A stretch of 64,000 bases of DNA from an uncultured Gammaproteobacteria bacterium (GTDB lineage: Bacteria > Patescibacteriota > Patescibacteriia > Magasanikbacterales > GWA2-37-8): the NCBI GenBank assembly GCA_964634875.1, contig CAZWKA010000002.1:15590-79589 (forward strand), written 5' to 3'. Under the pieces are notes generated by a model. That model was not told where the DNA came from and did not search any database. It saw nothing but the letters and a program-made list of their open reading frames with translations. This document shows, one piece after another, positions 17,970 to 26,976 of this stretch; within the stretch, counting starts at the first letter, position 1; every line of letters starts with the position of its first letter. The position numbers and the translations under genes are program-made.

Positions 17970-19820
17970 TTACTCTAGAACAGCCTTAATACGTCTGACT
18001 CCAGCACTGATTGCTTCTTCTTTAACAATCTTAAACTTACCCATCGTGCCGGTTCGCTCGACGTGCGGACCACCACAGACTTCGCGACTATACGTTGGGT
18101 TGGCAGGATCGGCTGTAGCCATTTCATTTAGATCACCGACGGTATACACTTTCACTTTTTCTTGGTATTTATCTTCAAATAAACCGATTGCCCCTTTGGC
18201 CTTGGCTTCTTCAAAGTTCATTTCTTGCCAGGTCACTTGGTAATCATGAGAAATTGCGCCATTGACCAAGTCTTCAGCGAGCTTAATTTGTTCGGTGGTC
18301 AATTTTTCAGGGTGTGCAAAATCGAAACGCATGCGTTCTTGAGTGATATTACTTCCCCGCTGGGTAGCGTGGGGTCCCAGAATCTTAAGAAGTGTTGCGT
18401 GGAGTAAGTGCGTGGCAGTATGGTACTTGGTCGACATTTCACTGTGATCAGCCAGACCACCGGCGAATTTTTGCTCGGCGCCAACACGGGATTTTTCCTG
18501 ATGCTCTTTAAACGCGGCTTCAAAACCATTTACATCAACGGTTAAGCCGTTCTCAAGCGCCAGCTCCTGCGTCATTTCGAGCGGAAAACCATACGTATCA
18601 TAGAGTTTAAACGCATGTTTTCCAGAAATTTCTTTGATTAGGACACCGGTCTTTTCAAAAGCCATCCGGAATCCTGTAACAAGTTTTTCAAATTCTTTAA
18701 GACCTTGCTCTACAGTGTTGTGGAACTTAGCTTCTTCGCGAGCCATTTCAGTAATGACGAATTCACGGTTACGTTTGAGTTCCGGATAGACCTCACCGTA
18801 AATTTCAATGACGGTTTCGGCAATTGATGAACAGACGTGGTCTTTGATACCAAGAAGGCGGCCATGGCGGACGGCTCGGCGGATGAGGCGACGAACAATA
18901 TAACCCTGGTCAACATTGCTTGGGGCAACACCTTTGTCATCACCCATAATCATGGTTGCCGTACGCAAATGGTCGGCCACAATACGCATGGAACGCGTTA
19001 CCTCTTTATTTTCAATGTATTCTTTACCAGAAACGGTTTGGATCTTCTGGATGATCGCCCACATAGTGTCGATCTGGAAAGCATCAACAAAACCATTTTT
19101 TACAACCAAAGTGCGTTCGAGACCCATGCCTGTATCAACATTTTGCTGCTCAAGCGGTTTGAATGACCCATCTTCGTTTTTAAAATACTGCATGAAGACA
19201 TCGTTCCAAATCTCGAGCCAGCTATCTTCATCGCTGCCAGGGTTACTACTCTCCGGAGGGAATTCACCTTCGCCCATCCAATAGAACATTTCGGTGTCTG
19301 GGCCGCATGGACCAGTTGTGCCTGCCGGACCCCACCAGTTATTTTTTTTCGGTAAATAGGCTATCTTGTGTTCAGGCATGCCGAGCGCTTTCCATTTAGC
19401 AGCGGATTCATCATCACGCGGAGCATCATTGTCCCCTGCAAAAACAGAGACAGCCAGCTTGCGGATATCAATACCAAGGTATTCTTTGCTGGTCAAAAAT
19501 TCAAAGCTCCACTCAATCGCTTCTTGTTTAAAATAATCACCGAGAGACCAGTTCCCCATCATTTCAAAAAAGGTCATGTGGCGACTGTCCCCCACTTCAT
19601 CAATATCCTGGGTGCGGATACATTTCTGGACATTCGTCAGACGGGTGCCTGATGGGTGCTTTGCCCCAAGCAAAAAAGGAACCAGCGGGTGCATGCCTGC
19701 GGTGGTAAACAAAACGGTTGGGTCATTATCCGGGATAACCGAAGCTGAAGCAATGGCGGCGTGGCCTTTGCTTTGAAAAAAAGTAATATATTTTTGACGA
19801 AGTTCCTGGCTCGTGAGCAT
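17970..19820 (-). CDS. alaS: Alanine--tRNA ligase (short form, no C-Ala domain)
   Basis: DPTVLFTTAGM, TFFEMMGNWSLGDYFK, GPCGP, DTGMGLER, LYDTYGFP, HTATHLL, CGGPHV, GVRRI. Confidence 0.96.
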   Translation of the reverse strand: MLTSQELRQKYITFFQSKGHAAIASASVIPDNDPTVLFTTAGMHPLVPFLLGAKHPSGTRLTNVQKCIRTQDIDEVGDSRHMTFFEMMGNWSLGDYFKQEAIEWSFEFLTSKEYLGIDIRKLAVSVFAGDNDAPRDDESAAKWKALGMPEHKIAYLPKKNNWWGPAGTTGPCGPDTEMFYWMGEGEFPPESSNPGSDEDSWLEIWNDVFMQYFKNEDGSFKPLEQQNVDTGMGLERTLVVKNGFVDAFQIDTMWAIIQKIQTVSGKEYIENKEVTRSMRIVADHLRTATMIMGDDKGVAPSNVDQGYIVRRLIRRAVRHGRLLGIKDHVCSSIAETVIEIYGEVYPELKRNREFVITEMAREEAKFHNTVEQGLKEFEKLVTGFRMAFEKTGVLIKEISGKHAFKLYDTYGFPLEMTQELALENGLTVDVNGFEAAFKEHQEKSRVGAEQKFAGGLADHSEMSTKYHTATHLLHATLLKILGPHATQRGSNITQERMRFDFAHPEKLTTEQIKLAEDLVNGAISHDYQVTWQEMNFEEAKAKGAIGLFEDKYQEKVKVYTVGDLNEMATADPANPTYSREVCGGPHVERTGTMGKFKIVKEEAISAGVRRIKAVLE

Positions 19821-19894
19821 AACAAAACGTAACAAATAATTACTTGGGCTATTCTAACTAAAAAAATCGCTCTTGTCTACGCCCTAAGAAACTG

Positions 19895-19923
19895 TTGACA
19901 AACTCTTATTTCTGCGCTATATT
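19895..19923 (+). promoter_or_regulatory. sigma70 promoter of orphan ORF 19959
   Basis: TTGACA-17-TATATT; SD TAAGGAG. Confidence 0.75.
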
Positions 19924-19958
19924 GGCATGTTGCCTTTTGCGCTAAGGAGAACAGAACG

Positions 19959-20369
19959 ATGTTGAAACTCTACATCTCTGCACGACAAATACTTGAAGCC
20001 CTCAAGGAGGGCACGTTCGATTTGGAACAGTCACTCATCATCCTGTGCTCCCCACCCGACAATCCTATCGCTGAACGCGTGGAGAGCTACGTGCAATACG
20101 CTGCTCACCAGAAAACGGACTTCCACAGCATCCTTCGGAGTGCCGAGGAACGTGGCCGACTGGTCGTCTGCCGCGACAGCATCTGGGAAAGTGGTGGGGT
20201 CAACTCGGGACCGTACATGTGGTTCCGGGATGAGCTTGAATGCAGAAACGTGGAGCTGATGTTCAGCTACTTCTTGCAGACCACGGTTACAATATCAAGA
20301 CGCGCTTCGGTCGACTTTCACATCCTCCTCGATCCCCACGCGAACCAGATCGCAATCGTCCAAGACTAA
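19959..20369 (+). CDS. Orphan hypothetical protein (136 aa)
   Basis: Own promoter and SD, GC-richer, followed by a nested hairpin at 20383-20445. Confidence 0.7.
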   Translation: MLKLYISARQILEALKEGTFDLEQSLIILCSPPDNPIAERVESYVQYAAHQKTDFHSILRSAEERGRLVVCRDSIWESGGVNSGPYMWFRDELECRNVELMFSYFLQTTVTISRRASVDFHILLDPHANQIAIVQD

Positions 20370-20458
20370 CGGCGACACCCCTCAAAACACCCGTCACTAG
20401 CCCCACTGTTTGTTAGCAGACAGTAGAGCCAGCGGGTGTTTTTTGTAAGCGCACCTAT

Positions 20459-22420
20459 TTAATTTAAGGATTCCTTTTTAAAACTATACGCCTGCCCGCT
20501 TTTTTCTAAACGATACCTAAAGTGTTCGCGATTCTTAACATCAGTCTCAACCAGTGAACCATCGGCATCAAGCGCAAACGTTGGCCTGGTCAGTTCGCTG
20601 AGGCTATTAGGTTCCCGATTATAGACAGTGGTTTTTTCTGCAGTTATCTTCCAAACAGCTGCTTCGCGCTCTAGGACCACATAGTGCCAAACCTCTTTCT
20701 CACCCGATACATCGCTGATGATAACGGACAGTGGATTTTTACCGACCCACTGGCAGAACATTTGACCAGAGCCAAAGTTGTTCTGCACTGAAGCAAAGGA
20801 ACGCAAGTTTATACCATACTGATTTTCAAAGCTGCTGCAATCCATCCCACTCAAACGGTTGGAGCGGATATTCAACCGCATTTGGGTGATTTCAAACTGG
20901 CGATCCTTTTCCTCAGCGTCGTTAATAAGCTGGAATGATGGCAAGCTTTTTTGGCTGGCGAGTTCAGCTGGCAACCACGTTTTTGACCAGTGATATTCTA
21001 CAAAACTATTTCGTTTGGCTAACTGGTCTTCGGCCTTTTTGTACACTTTTCCAAGATGCAGACGATCTTCAATTGAAAGCTCGGGCAATTTATTTTCAAT
21101 CAGTGGCCGCAGCGCACGGATTGCATCAGCCGAAAGCTCGCCCAGATACTTGGCATCAAAATTCTGGCCACCGGCCAAATAGCGGTCAACATTTTTCTTA
21201 GCGATTTGGTAATCAACACTGGACAGTCCCACAACCACCAAACCTGCCAGCCCATAGGCCAAGAGCCCGTGCAACACGTACTTGAATTTTGAACGGACGA
21301 GTACGGCGAGGAAAAATAAACCTGAACCGATGAAAAACCAATATAAAAACCACTCAACATACAGGCGGAGCGTGGTAAAACCATAGACTTCCTGGTATAG
21401 GTTCATGCGGCGAAGCGCCGAAACACCAATCACCACCAACTGCCCAACTAAGATGACCTGTAAAATCCCGAGCAACACTTTGGCTGTAGCCGTGCGCCTA
21501 TAGGCATAATAGCTAAATAAAAGCACGATGCCAGAAATAACCAGAACGGCTACTAATTGGAAAAAACCTTGCCGGGCATACTCGGCGTATGTCAGACCAT
21601 TTTTAAGAACATACTCAGACCCGCCAAACAAATATTTAATTTGGATAAGTGTAAAAATGGCAAATAAAATATCCAAGAGGATAATGACAACAGTTGCAAC
21701 AGTTGCGTCGGGCGCATGAGTGCTCTCAGCGGGCTCAGCTAGTGCGTACTTTTCCTCAAAAATAAAATACAGTAAATTTGAGAGATACCAGGCCATGACA
21801 CTCGTACGGAACAAACGCCAAAAAATAGACGGCTCAGCGTGGAAATTAAAAATATTTTCGAGCCATCCGCTAAACACTGCGTCGGCAGAAGAGAACAAAC
21901 CTGTAAACAACGCGACGAGCGGCAAAGCAATAAGGATGCCCCAGGCAATTTTTTTGTAAACTTCTTTTTCTTCACCTTGCTCCGGACGAAAAATATCACG
22001 GTAGATCTTTAGCGTCTTATCGATTGTTTCATCAAATTTAAAAAAGACGGGAATATTTTTAAAGTAAAATAAATGCCCGTTCCGACGCAACGTAATAACA
22101 ATGGTAAAGAGGAAAAGCAGGACGATACTAAGTGCCACCACACCCTGGGCGGCAAAAAGATTGAGATACAAAAACCCAACTAGGCTAAGGAGTGTAAGCG
22201 GAAGACAAAGGTATACAGCCCAAGGATTTACTTTCGTTTTAGTACGCCACGCTACCACGAATAGCCCGACAACAAACAAAAGATTAAATAAAGCGAGTGA
22301 CAAACCATTTTCCTTGCCCCAAAAAAGCAGGTCATACAAAATAGCCGCGCCACAAGCAAACAAAACTAGTAATAAGCGCTGTTTGCGAACGAGTGTATGG
22401 ACCAAAGCATTTTCCGCCAT
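20459..22420 (-). CDS. DUF4153/DUF4173 family membrane protein
   Basis: LFSSADAVF, QIKYLFGG, TYAEYARQGFFQL, YQEVYGFTTLRLY, YLGELSADA. Confidence 0.85.
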   Translation of the reverse strand: MAENALVHTLVRKQRLLLVLFACGAAILYDLLFWGKENGLSLALFNLLFVVGLFVVAWRTKTKVNPWAVYLCLPLTLLSLVGFLYLNLFAAQGVVALSIVLLFLFTIVITLRRNGHLFYFKNIPVFFKFDETIDKTLKIYRDIFRPEQGEEKEVYKKIAWGILIALPLVALFTGLFSSADAVFSGWLENIFNFHAEPSIFWRLFRTSVMAWYLSNLLYFIFEEKYALAEPAESTHAPDATVATVVIILLDILFAIFTLIQIKYLFGGSEYVLKNGLTYAEYARQGFFQLVAVLVISGIVLLFSYYAYRRTATAKVLLGILQVILVGQLVVIGVSALRRMNLYQEVYGFTTLRLYVEWFLYWFFIGSGLFFLAVLVRSKFKYVLHGLLAYGLAGLVVVGLSSVDYQIAKKNVDRYLAGGQNFDAKYLGELSADAIRALRPLIENKLPELSIEDRLHLGKVYKKAEDQLAKRNSFVEYHWSKTWLPAELASQKSLPSFQLINDAEEKDRQFEITQMRLNIRSNRLSGMDCSSFENQYGINLRSFASVQNNFGSGQMFCQWVGKNPLSVIISDVSGEKEVWHYVVLEREAAVWKITAEKTTVYNREPNSLSELTRPTFALDADGSLVETDVKNREHFRYRLEKSGQAYSFKKESLN

Positions 22421-22429
22421 ATATACAGA

Positions 22430-23497
22430 TTACATAATTACACCGCCACCTAGGCACTCGCCTTCTTTGTAAAAAACAGCAAATTGCCCTGGGGTTGGAG
22501 CACGCTCTTTTTTTTCAAAAACCACCAAGTAATCTTTTATAATTTCACAATCTTGAAGCGGTTGCCGATGGCGCAACCGTACTTGGCATTTTAACGGAAG
22601 CGTAGGCAGTTGTCCACTAATCCAATGCATATCGTTCACCGTAATTTCATTTTTATATAATAGCGGGTCAGAATCAAAACCGACCACCAGTTCGTTGGTC
22701 TCAAAATTTTTAGCGACCACAAACAACGGCCGCGTGTCTTCACCTCGCGTGCTCGGAGCTGCTACTCCCAAATTTCTTTGTCCGATAGTGTAGAATGCCA
22801 AACCATCATGTTTACCAACAAAAGTTCCGTCTGACATTACAATTTTACCAGGACTTGGTTTAATCCTGGTTTGCAAAAACTCTTTCATCGGCACCTCACC
22901 AACAAAGCAAATACCCATGCTTTCTTCTTTTTGGGCTACGGGCAGTTTAAATTTTTGAGCGAGCTCTCGGACTTCTGGCTTGGTATATTCACCCACTGGA
23001 AAAAGCGTGCGGGACAACTGAGCTTGGTTTAGTTGATGTAAGAAATACGTCTGATCCTTATTATCATCGATAGCCTGAACAAGGCTAAAAACTCCATTTT
23101 TTTCAGAGACCCTGGCATAGTGTCCAGTAGCTAAATACTCAAAACCAAGTTCTTGAGCCTTATTAAGCCAGAAACCAAACTTAATATATTTGTTGCACAA
23201 AACATCAGGATTTGGCGTACGCCCCGTTTCGTACTCCATAAACATGTAATCGAGCACCTTTGTTTGGTATTCTTTTGTGAAATCAAATTTTAAAATGGGA
23301 ATACCAATAGCTGCCGCTACACGGACTGCATCCTGGTATTCGGGTACCCAGCATGATTCCCCAAAATTATTTTTTCCATCATAATTTACCATGTAGGCCG
23401 CTGTAACAGCGAACCCTTTGGAAACCAAAAGCGCCGCAGCGACCGCTGAATCAACGCCGCCTGATAGAGCTATAAGAATTTTAGCTTTTGTATTCAT
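22430..23497 (-). CDS. mnmA: tRNA 2-thiouridine(34) synthase
   Basis: SGGVDS, TPNPDVLCNKYIKFG, ATGHYA, KDQTYFL, ESMGICF, TPGQFAVFY. Confidence 0.97.
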   Translation of the reverse strand: MNTKAKILIALSGGVDSAVAAALLVSKGFAVTAAYMVNYDGKNNFGESCWVPEYQDAVRVAAAIGIPILKFDFTKEYQTKVLDYMFMEYETGRTPNPDVLCNKYIKFGFWLNKAQELGFEYLATGHYARVSEKNGVFSLVQAIDDNKDQTYFLHQLNQAQLSRTLFPVGEYTKPEVRELAQKFKLPVAQKEESMGICFVGEVPMKEFLQTRIKPSPGKIVMSDGTFVGKHDGLAFYTIGQRNLGVAAPSTRGEDTRPLFVVAKNFETNELVVGFDSDPLLYKNEITVNDMHWISGQLPTLPLKCQVRLRHRQPLQDCEIIKDYLVVFEKKERAPTPGQFAVFYKEGECLGGGVIM

Positions 23498-23577
23498 ACA
23501 CCTGTTAATCTCATTACTTGTTGAAAAATTTGGCCGCTATGTTACACTGTATTAGTAGTTTATTTTTAATTTTTGTT

Positions 23578-23883
23578 ATGAATCAAGAAAAAAACGGTGC
23601 GGTGCAAGATGCTTCAAATAAACCCTGGTTTGTTGCTAAATCATATGGCTGGGGATGGACACCAGCAACCTGGCAAGGATGGTTAATTTTAGCAATTTTT
23701 ATAGCAGTTATCGTGCTTAATCTTTTAAGAATTGACGCATACTCTGAGTCAATCAACACCACACTCCTCCATTTTATTCCTCAAACCTTTGTACTTATAG
23801 CGATTTTAATACTTATTTGCTGGAAAAAAGGCGAAAAACCACGTTGGCAATGGGGTGAATCTGATAAAAACAAGAAAATGTAA
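23578..23883 (+). CDS. Small two-TM membrane protein
   Basis: WFVAKSYGWGWTPATWQGW followed by two TM helices and KGEKPRWQWG; start moved to ATG 23578. Confidence 0.75.
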   Translation: MNQEKNGAVQDASNKPWFVAKSYGWGWTPATWQGWLILAIFIAVIVLNLLRIDAYSESINTTLLHFIPQTFVLIAILILICWKKGEKPRWQWGESDKNKKM

Positions 23884-23924
23884 ATTTTAAAAAACCACTT
23901 AGTCTGTCGCTCAAGGGCGGCACT

Positions 23925-23957
23925 TAAAACCCCGCGCCCAAAGGCGCGGGGTTTAAG
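23925..23957. terminator. Bidirectional terminator
   Basis: AAACCCCGCGCC-CAAA-GGCGCGGGGTTT between convergent genes. Confidence 0.8.
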
Positions 23958-23968
23958 TTCGAGATAGC

Positions 23969-24298
23969 TTAGCTATTGCGACGAGCCTGCATGCAGTCTC
24001 GGCAATAAACTGGCTTGTCACCGGTAGGCTGGAAAGGAAGCTGGGTGATTTGAGTACCACAGCTAGCACAGTTCAAGTTGACACTGTACATTTGGCGAGG
24101 AGCGCGAGGACCGCGGCTCATACCCCCACCCATTCCTCCGGCTCCACCAGTACGATTTTGGCGAAACGTACGGTTACAGTCAGAGCAGTAAACCGGACGA
24201 TCCCCAGAAGGTTGAAAAGGCAATTGTGAGATATGAGCACCACACTGCGAACAGGTGAGGTCAACATCAAACATTTGACGATCAGTACCAAAGGCCAT
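23969..24298 (-). CDS. Tandem CxxC-x17-CxxC zinc-ribbon protein
   Basis: Two copies of CxxCG..I.QLPFQP.GD.PVYCxDC joined by a Gly-rich linker. Confidence 0.9.
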   Translation of the reverse strand: MAFGTDRQMFDVDLTCSQCGAHISQLPFQPSGDRPVYCSDCNRTFRQNRTGGAGGMGGGMSRGPRAPRQMYSVNLNCASCGTQITQLPFQPTGDKPVYCRDCMQARRNS

Positions 24299-24409
24299 AG
24301 AGATGTTCTAAGGTTTGTTCCCAAAATGTTTTTTGAGAGCGTATGTATAAATTGTTCGACCCTTTTTTGGGAACTCTATGTTACTTTCGTTGCCCAAATT
24401 ATTAAGTGT

Positions 24410-24438
24410 AGGATAGCACCAAAAGACGATTTTGTCAA
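24410..24438 (-). promoter_or_regulatory. sigma70 promoter of the zinc-ribbon gene
   Basis: TTGACA-17-TATCCT. Confidence 0.7.
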
Positions 24439-24457
24439 GCTTAGGCTAAAATAGCCC

Positions 24458-24958
24458 TTATCGCTGGACATTTACTGCCGCAGCCCCACCACCATCACAG
24501 GTAATTTGGTTGACGCCAAGTTTCTGAGGGTTAACCAGTTTGTAGCCATAAGCTGGTAAATTGTAGGTGACTGTCCCGATTTTTATCTTATGCGGTTCAT
24601 TATCACGGTTGTCGAGCATAAACACTGTTCCGCGTTTTAAAGTAAGTGTACCAGGGTTACCGGCGCAATTAACAAACTGGAAGTATGCTCCTTTAGACCG
24701 ATACTCATTTAGCGCCTTTTCATAATCGCTTGTTGCGGAAGCAGCCGGCTTAGCAGCTGGCTGTTGCGATGGTTCAACCACAGGTACTTCGCCCGGGGCA
24801 GGTGGAGTTTGGAGTGTTGCTCGCCTAGTACCACTCAAACTCGCAATCGATTCTTCTTGTCGACCCGGCAAATATACCTTCGACCAAAAGACATAACCAA
24901 TAACGAACATAGCTACCAGAGCAAGACCACTAACGAGACGGAGTGTATTTGGTTTCAT
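24458..24958 (-). CDS. Membrane-anchored protein, possible cupredoxin-like C-terminal domain
   Basis: N-terminal TM, Pro/Ala linker, PGTLTLKRG...DNRDNEPH. Confidence 0.7.
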   Translation of the reverse strand: MKPNTLRLVSGLALVAMFVIGYVFWSKVYLPGRQEESIASLSGTRRATLQTPPAPGEVPVVEPSQQPAAKPAASATSDYEKALNEYRSKGAYFQFVNCAGNPGTLTLKRGTVFMLDNRDNEPHKIKIGTVTYNLPAYGYKLVNPQKLGVNQITCDGGGAAAVNVQR

Positions 24959-24963
24959 AAAAT

Positions 24964-25317
24964 TTAGTTAGCCTTTTTAAATTTAACCGTAAAAATAGGA
25001 TCGTACGTATTATGATATTCATCCTGAACTTCAATTTGCTCACCTTTCATCATGAGAGATAATGCTGCATCACTGAGGAGGACAAGATCTGACTCCAAGT
25101 CAGTCTTGAAAGCGTCAAGCTGATTAAATTCACTTGTAAACTGAGCTTTGGTATTTTCTTCGATTTGCTTCTTTTTTTCACGAAGCGCTTTCATTTTATC
25201 AACAACTTCCTTATATTCGAGTGATGTTTCAAGAGCATCCTTATACACACTTTTTAAATCTTTTTGTTTTTTTCTATTTTCCTGCATGCGGGAAAAAATT
25301 TCTTGGACATCCACCAT
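24964..25317 (-). CDS. Hypothetical coiled-coil protein
   Basis: Helical charged ORF with native tATG start context. Confidence 0.75.
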   Translation of the reverse strand: MVDVQEIFSRMQENRKKQKDLKSVYKDALETSLEYKEVVDKMKALREKKKQIEENTKAQFTSEFNQLDAFKTDLESDLVLLSDAALSLMMKGEQIEVQDEYHNTYDPIFTVKFKKAN

Positions 25318-25466
25318 AAAGAAGTAATTTTAAGTCTAATTGCCATAGTATAGCATAGATGAAGTAGTCTGCCTACCGAAAAAACCTAGTTATGCACCGA
25401 AAAAACCTTGACAAAACGCATGCGAGGTGTAGCTTAAGACCAGTCAAATTTTGTTTGGGGTGACCA

Positions 25467-25766
25467 ATGTCTATCGTTGCCGCATTGATGCAAGCGAAAC
25501 TGACCTTGGGCTGTGGAGATCCACAACGTCCGACTCCACATGCTCGCTGCAGCAACCTGAAAGTTGTTGATCGGGCACGGCTCATTACCGAGCACGATTC
25601 TGACGAGGTCAGAGAAGCAAAACTGCAGCTCATCGAACAAGCCCGCGAACCAGACGCGCTCTTCCTGCTCTGCAAGTGCGGGCACTACCGCGCGATGGGG
25701 ACCGTAGTCGACATGCTCATTGGTCTTCGTCAGAAAAACTTCCCAGCCGGGGAACCCAGTGACTAA
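25467..25766 (+). CDS. Orphan hypothetical protein (99 aa), possibly Zn-binding
   Basis: Promoter TTGACA-16-TAGCTT at 25408-25435, SD-like GGGGTG, C..HxxC and CxCGH, GC hairpin at 25790-25816. Confidence 0.55.
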   Translation: MSIVAALMQAKLTLGCGDPQRPTPHARCSNLKVVDRARLITEHDSDEVREAKLQLIEQAREPDALFLLCKCGHYRAMGTVVDMLIGLRQKNFPAGEPSD

Positions 25767-25824
25767 AGGCCTACCCCGCCAAACCCGCAAGGGAGCGCTG
25801 CATCGCAGCGCTCCCTATTCATTT

Positions 25825-26802
25825 TTAAAGCGAATATCCATTTTCCACAATGATCTTCTCTACATGACCAGCATTTTCCGCTTCCATCAATTTCACCCGT
25901 AATTCTTTTGCTCCATCAAAACCATTCACATACGCCTTGTAATGTTTCTTCATAATCGCAAAACCCTTTTTATCACCCAATATTTTTTCAAATAAATGCG
26001 TATGCTCAACGAGCACGCGCATTTTTTCTTCTGGAGTAATTACCTGGTAATCGCGCTCACGATTAAACAGCCACGGGTTACCAAAAATTCCCCGGCCGAT
26101 CATCACACCATCGCAGCCAGTTTCCGCAACGCGTTGGCGAGCTTCAGTCAAATCTTTGACATCACCATTTCCCAGGATCAATGTTTTATCAGGCGATGCA
26201 TCATACTTATCCCGAATGGCGACCGCCCTGCCTATCTCCTCCCAGTGAGCCGGAACTGCTGACATCTCTTTTTTAGTACGGGCATGAATGGTGATCGCGG
26301 CAGGCTCTGCTTCGAGTAAGTTTGGCAGCCAGGTATCAAGGACATTTTTGTTATATCCCAGGCGGGTTTTGACCGAGACAGGCAGCTTCCCTGCTCCACG
26401 TTTGGTGGCCGCAATTATTTCTTGGGCAAGCTTGGGGTGTTCAATAAGCGCTGCACCAGAACATTGTTTGCCACTAATACTTTTTTCCGGGCAGCCCATG
26501 TTAATATCAATACCATCAAAGCCGAGCTCCTGGATCAAGAGCGCTGTCTCATAATAATTTTCTGGTTTGGAACCAAATACCTGAGCCACAATCGGCCGTT
26601 CAGATTCATCAAAAATAAAATCAGTCAAGAGCTCGGCACGACCGGGCGAGCAAAGGCCGTCGCACGAGACAAACTCCGTCCAGATGACGTCAGGTTTACC
26701 GTATTTGGCAATAACACGCCGAAAAGCAGCGTCCGTGACATTAGCCATGGGCGCGAGGACGAAAATAGGTTTGGGAAGATTTTTCCAAAAACCGGAAATC
26801 AT
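25825..26802 (-). CDS. dus: tRNA-dihydrouridine synthase
   Basis: LAPMANVTD, IDINMGCP, VSVKTRLG, IHART, GNGD, GVMIGRG; promoter TTGACA-17-TAGGAT at 26831-26859 supports start 26802. Confidence 0.93.
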   Translation of the reverse strand: MISGFWKNLPKPIFVLAPMANVTDAAFRRVIAKYGKPDVIWTEFVSCDGLCSPGRAELLTDFIFDESERPIVAQVFGSKPENYYETALLIQELGFDGIDINMGCPEKSISGKQCSGAALIEHPKLAQEIIAATKRGAGKLPVSVKTRLGYNKNVLDTWLPNLLEAEPAAITIHARTKKEMSAVPAHWEEIGRAVAIRDKYDASPDKTLILGNGDVKDLTEARQRVAETGCDGVMIGRGIFGNPWLFNRERDYQVITPEEKMRVLVEHTHLFEKILGDKKGFAIMKKHYKAYVNGFDGAKELRVKLMEAENAGHVEKIIVENGYSL

Positions 26803-26976
26803 AAATAGTGTTCTGTTATAAATTTTTCTCATCCTAACGTCTTAGGCCAGCGCTGTCAATTGTGATTCTTACCGAAGCCACGAATGGCACTACTGCTTGG
26901 CACCGACCTTGTTTGTTACATTTTTAGATTAGTGATAGTATACCGGTGTTTTAAAGGAGCTTGTATCTGTTTTTTT

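Noticed and set aside
20363-20420. Integron attC site (TAAC...GTTA) after orphan 19959
   Set aside because: The boxes do not fit RYYYAAC/GTTRRRY, the palindrome is not centred on them, and no IntI is in the window
26803-26976. Longer N-termini for dus (26832) and zwf (26884) given in the ORF track
   Set aside because: The dus extension overlaps its own -10 box, and the zwf extension precedes the conserved first strand; other track starts were trimmed for similar reasons
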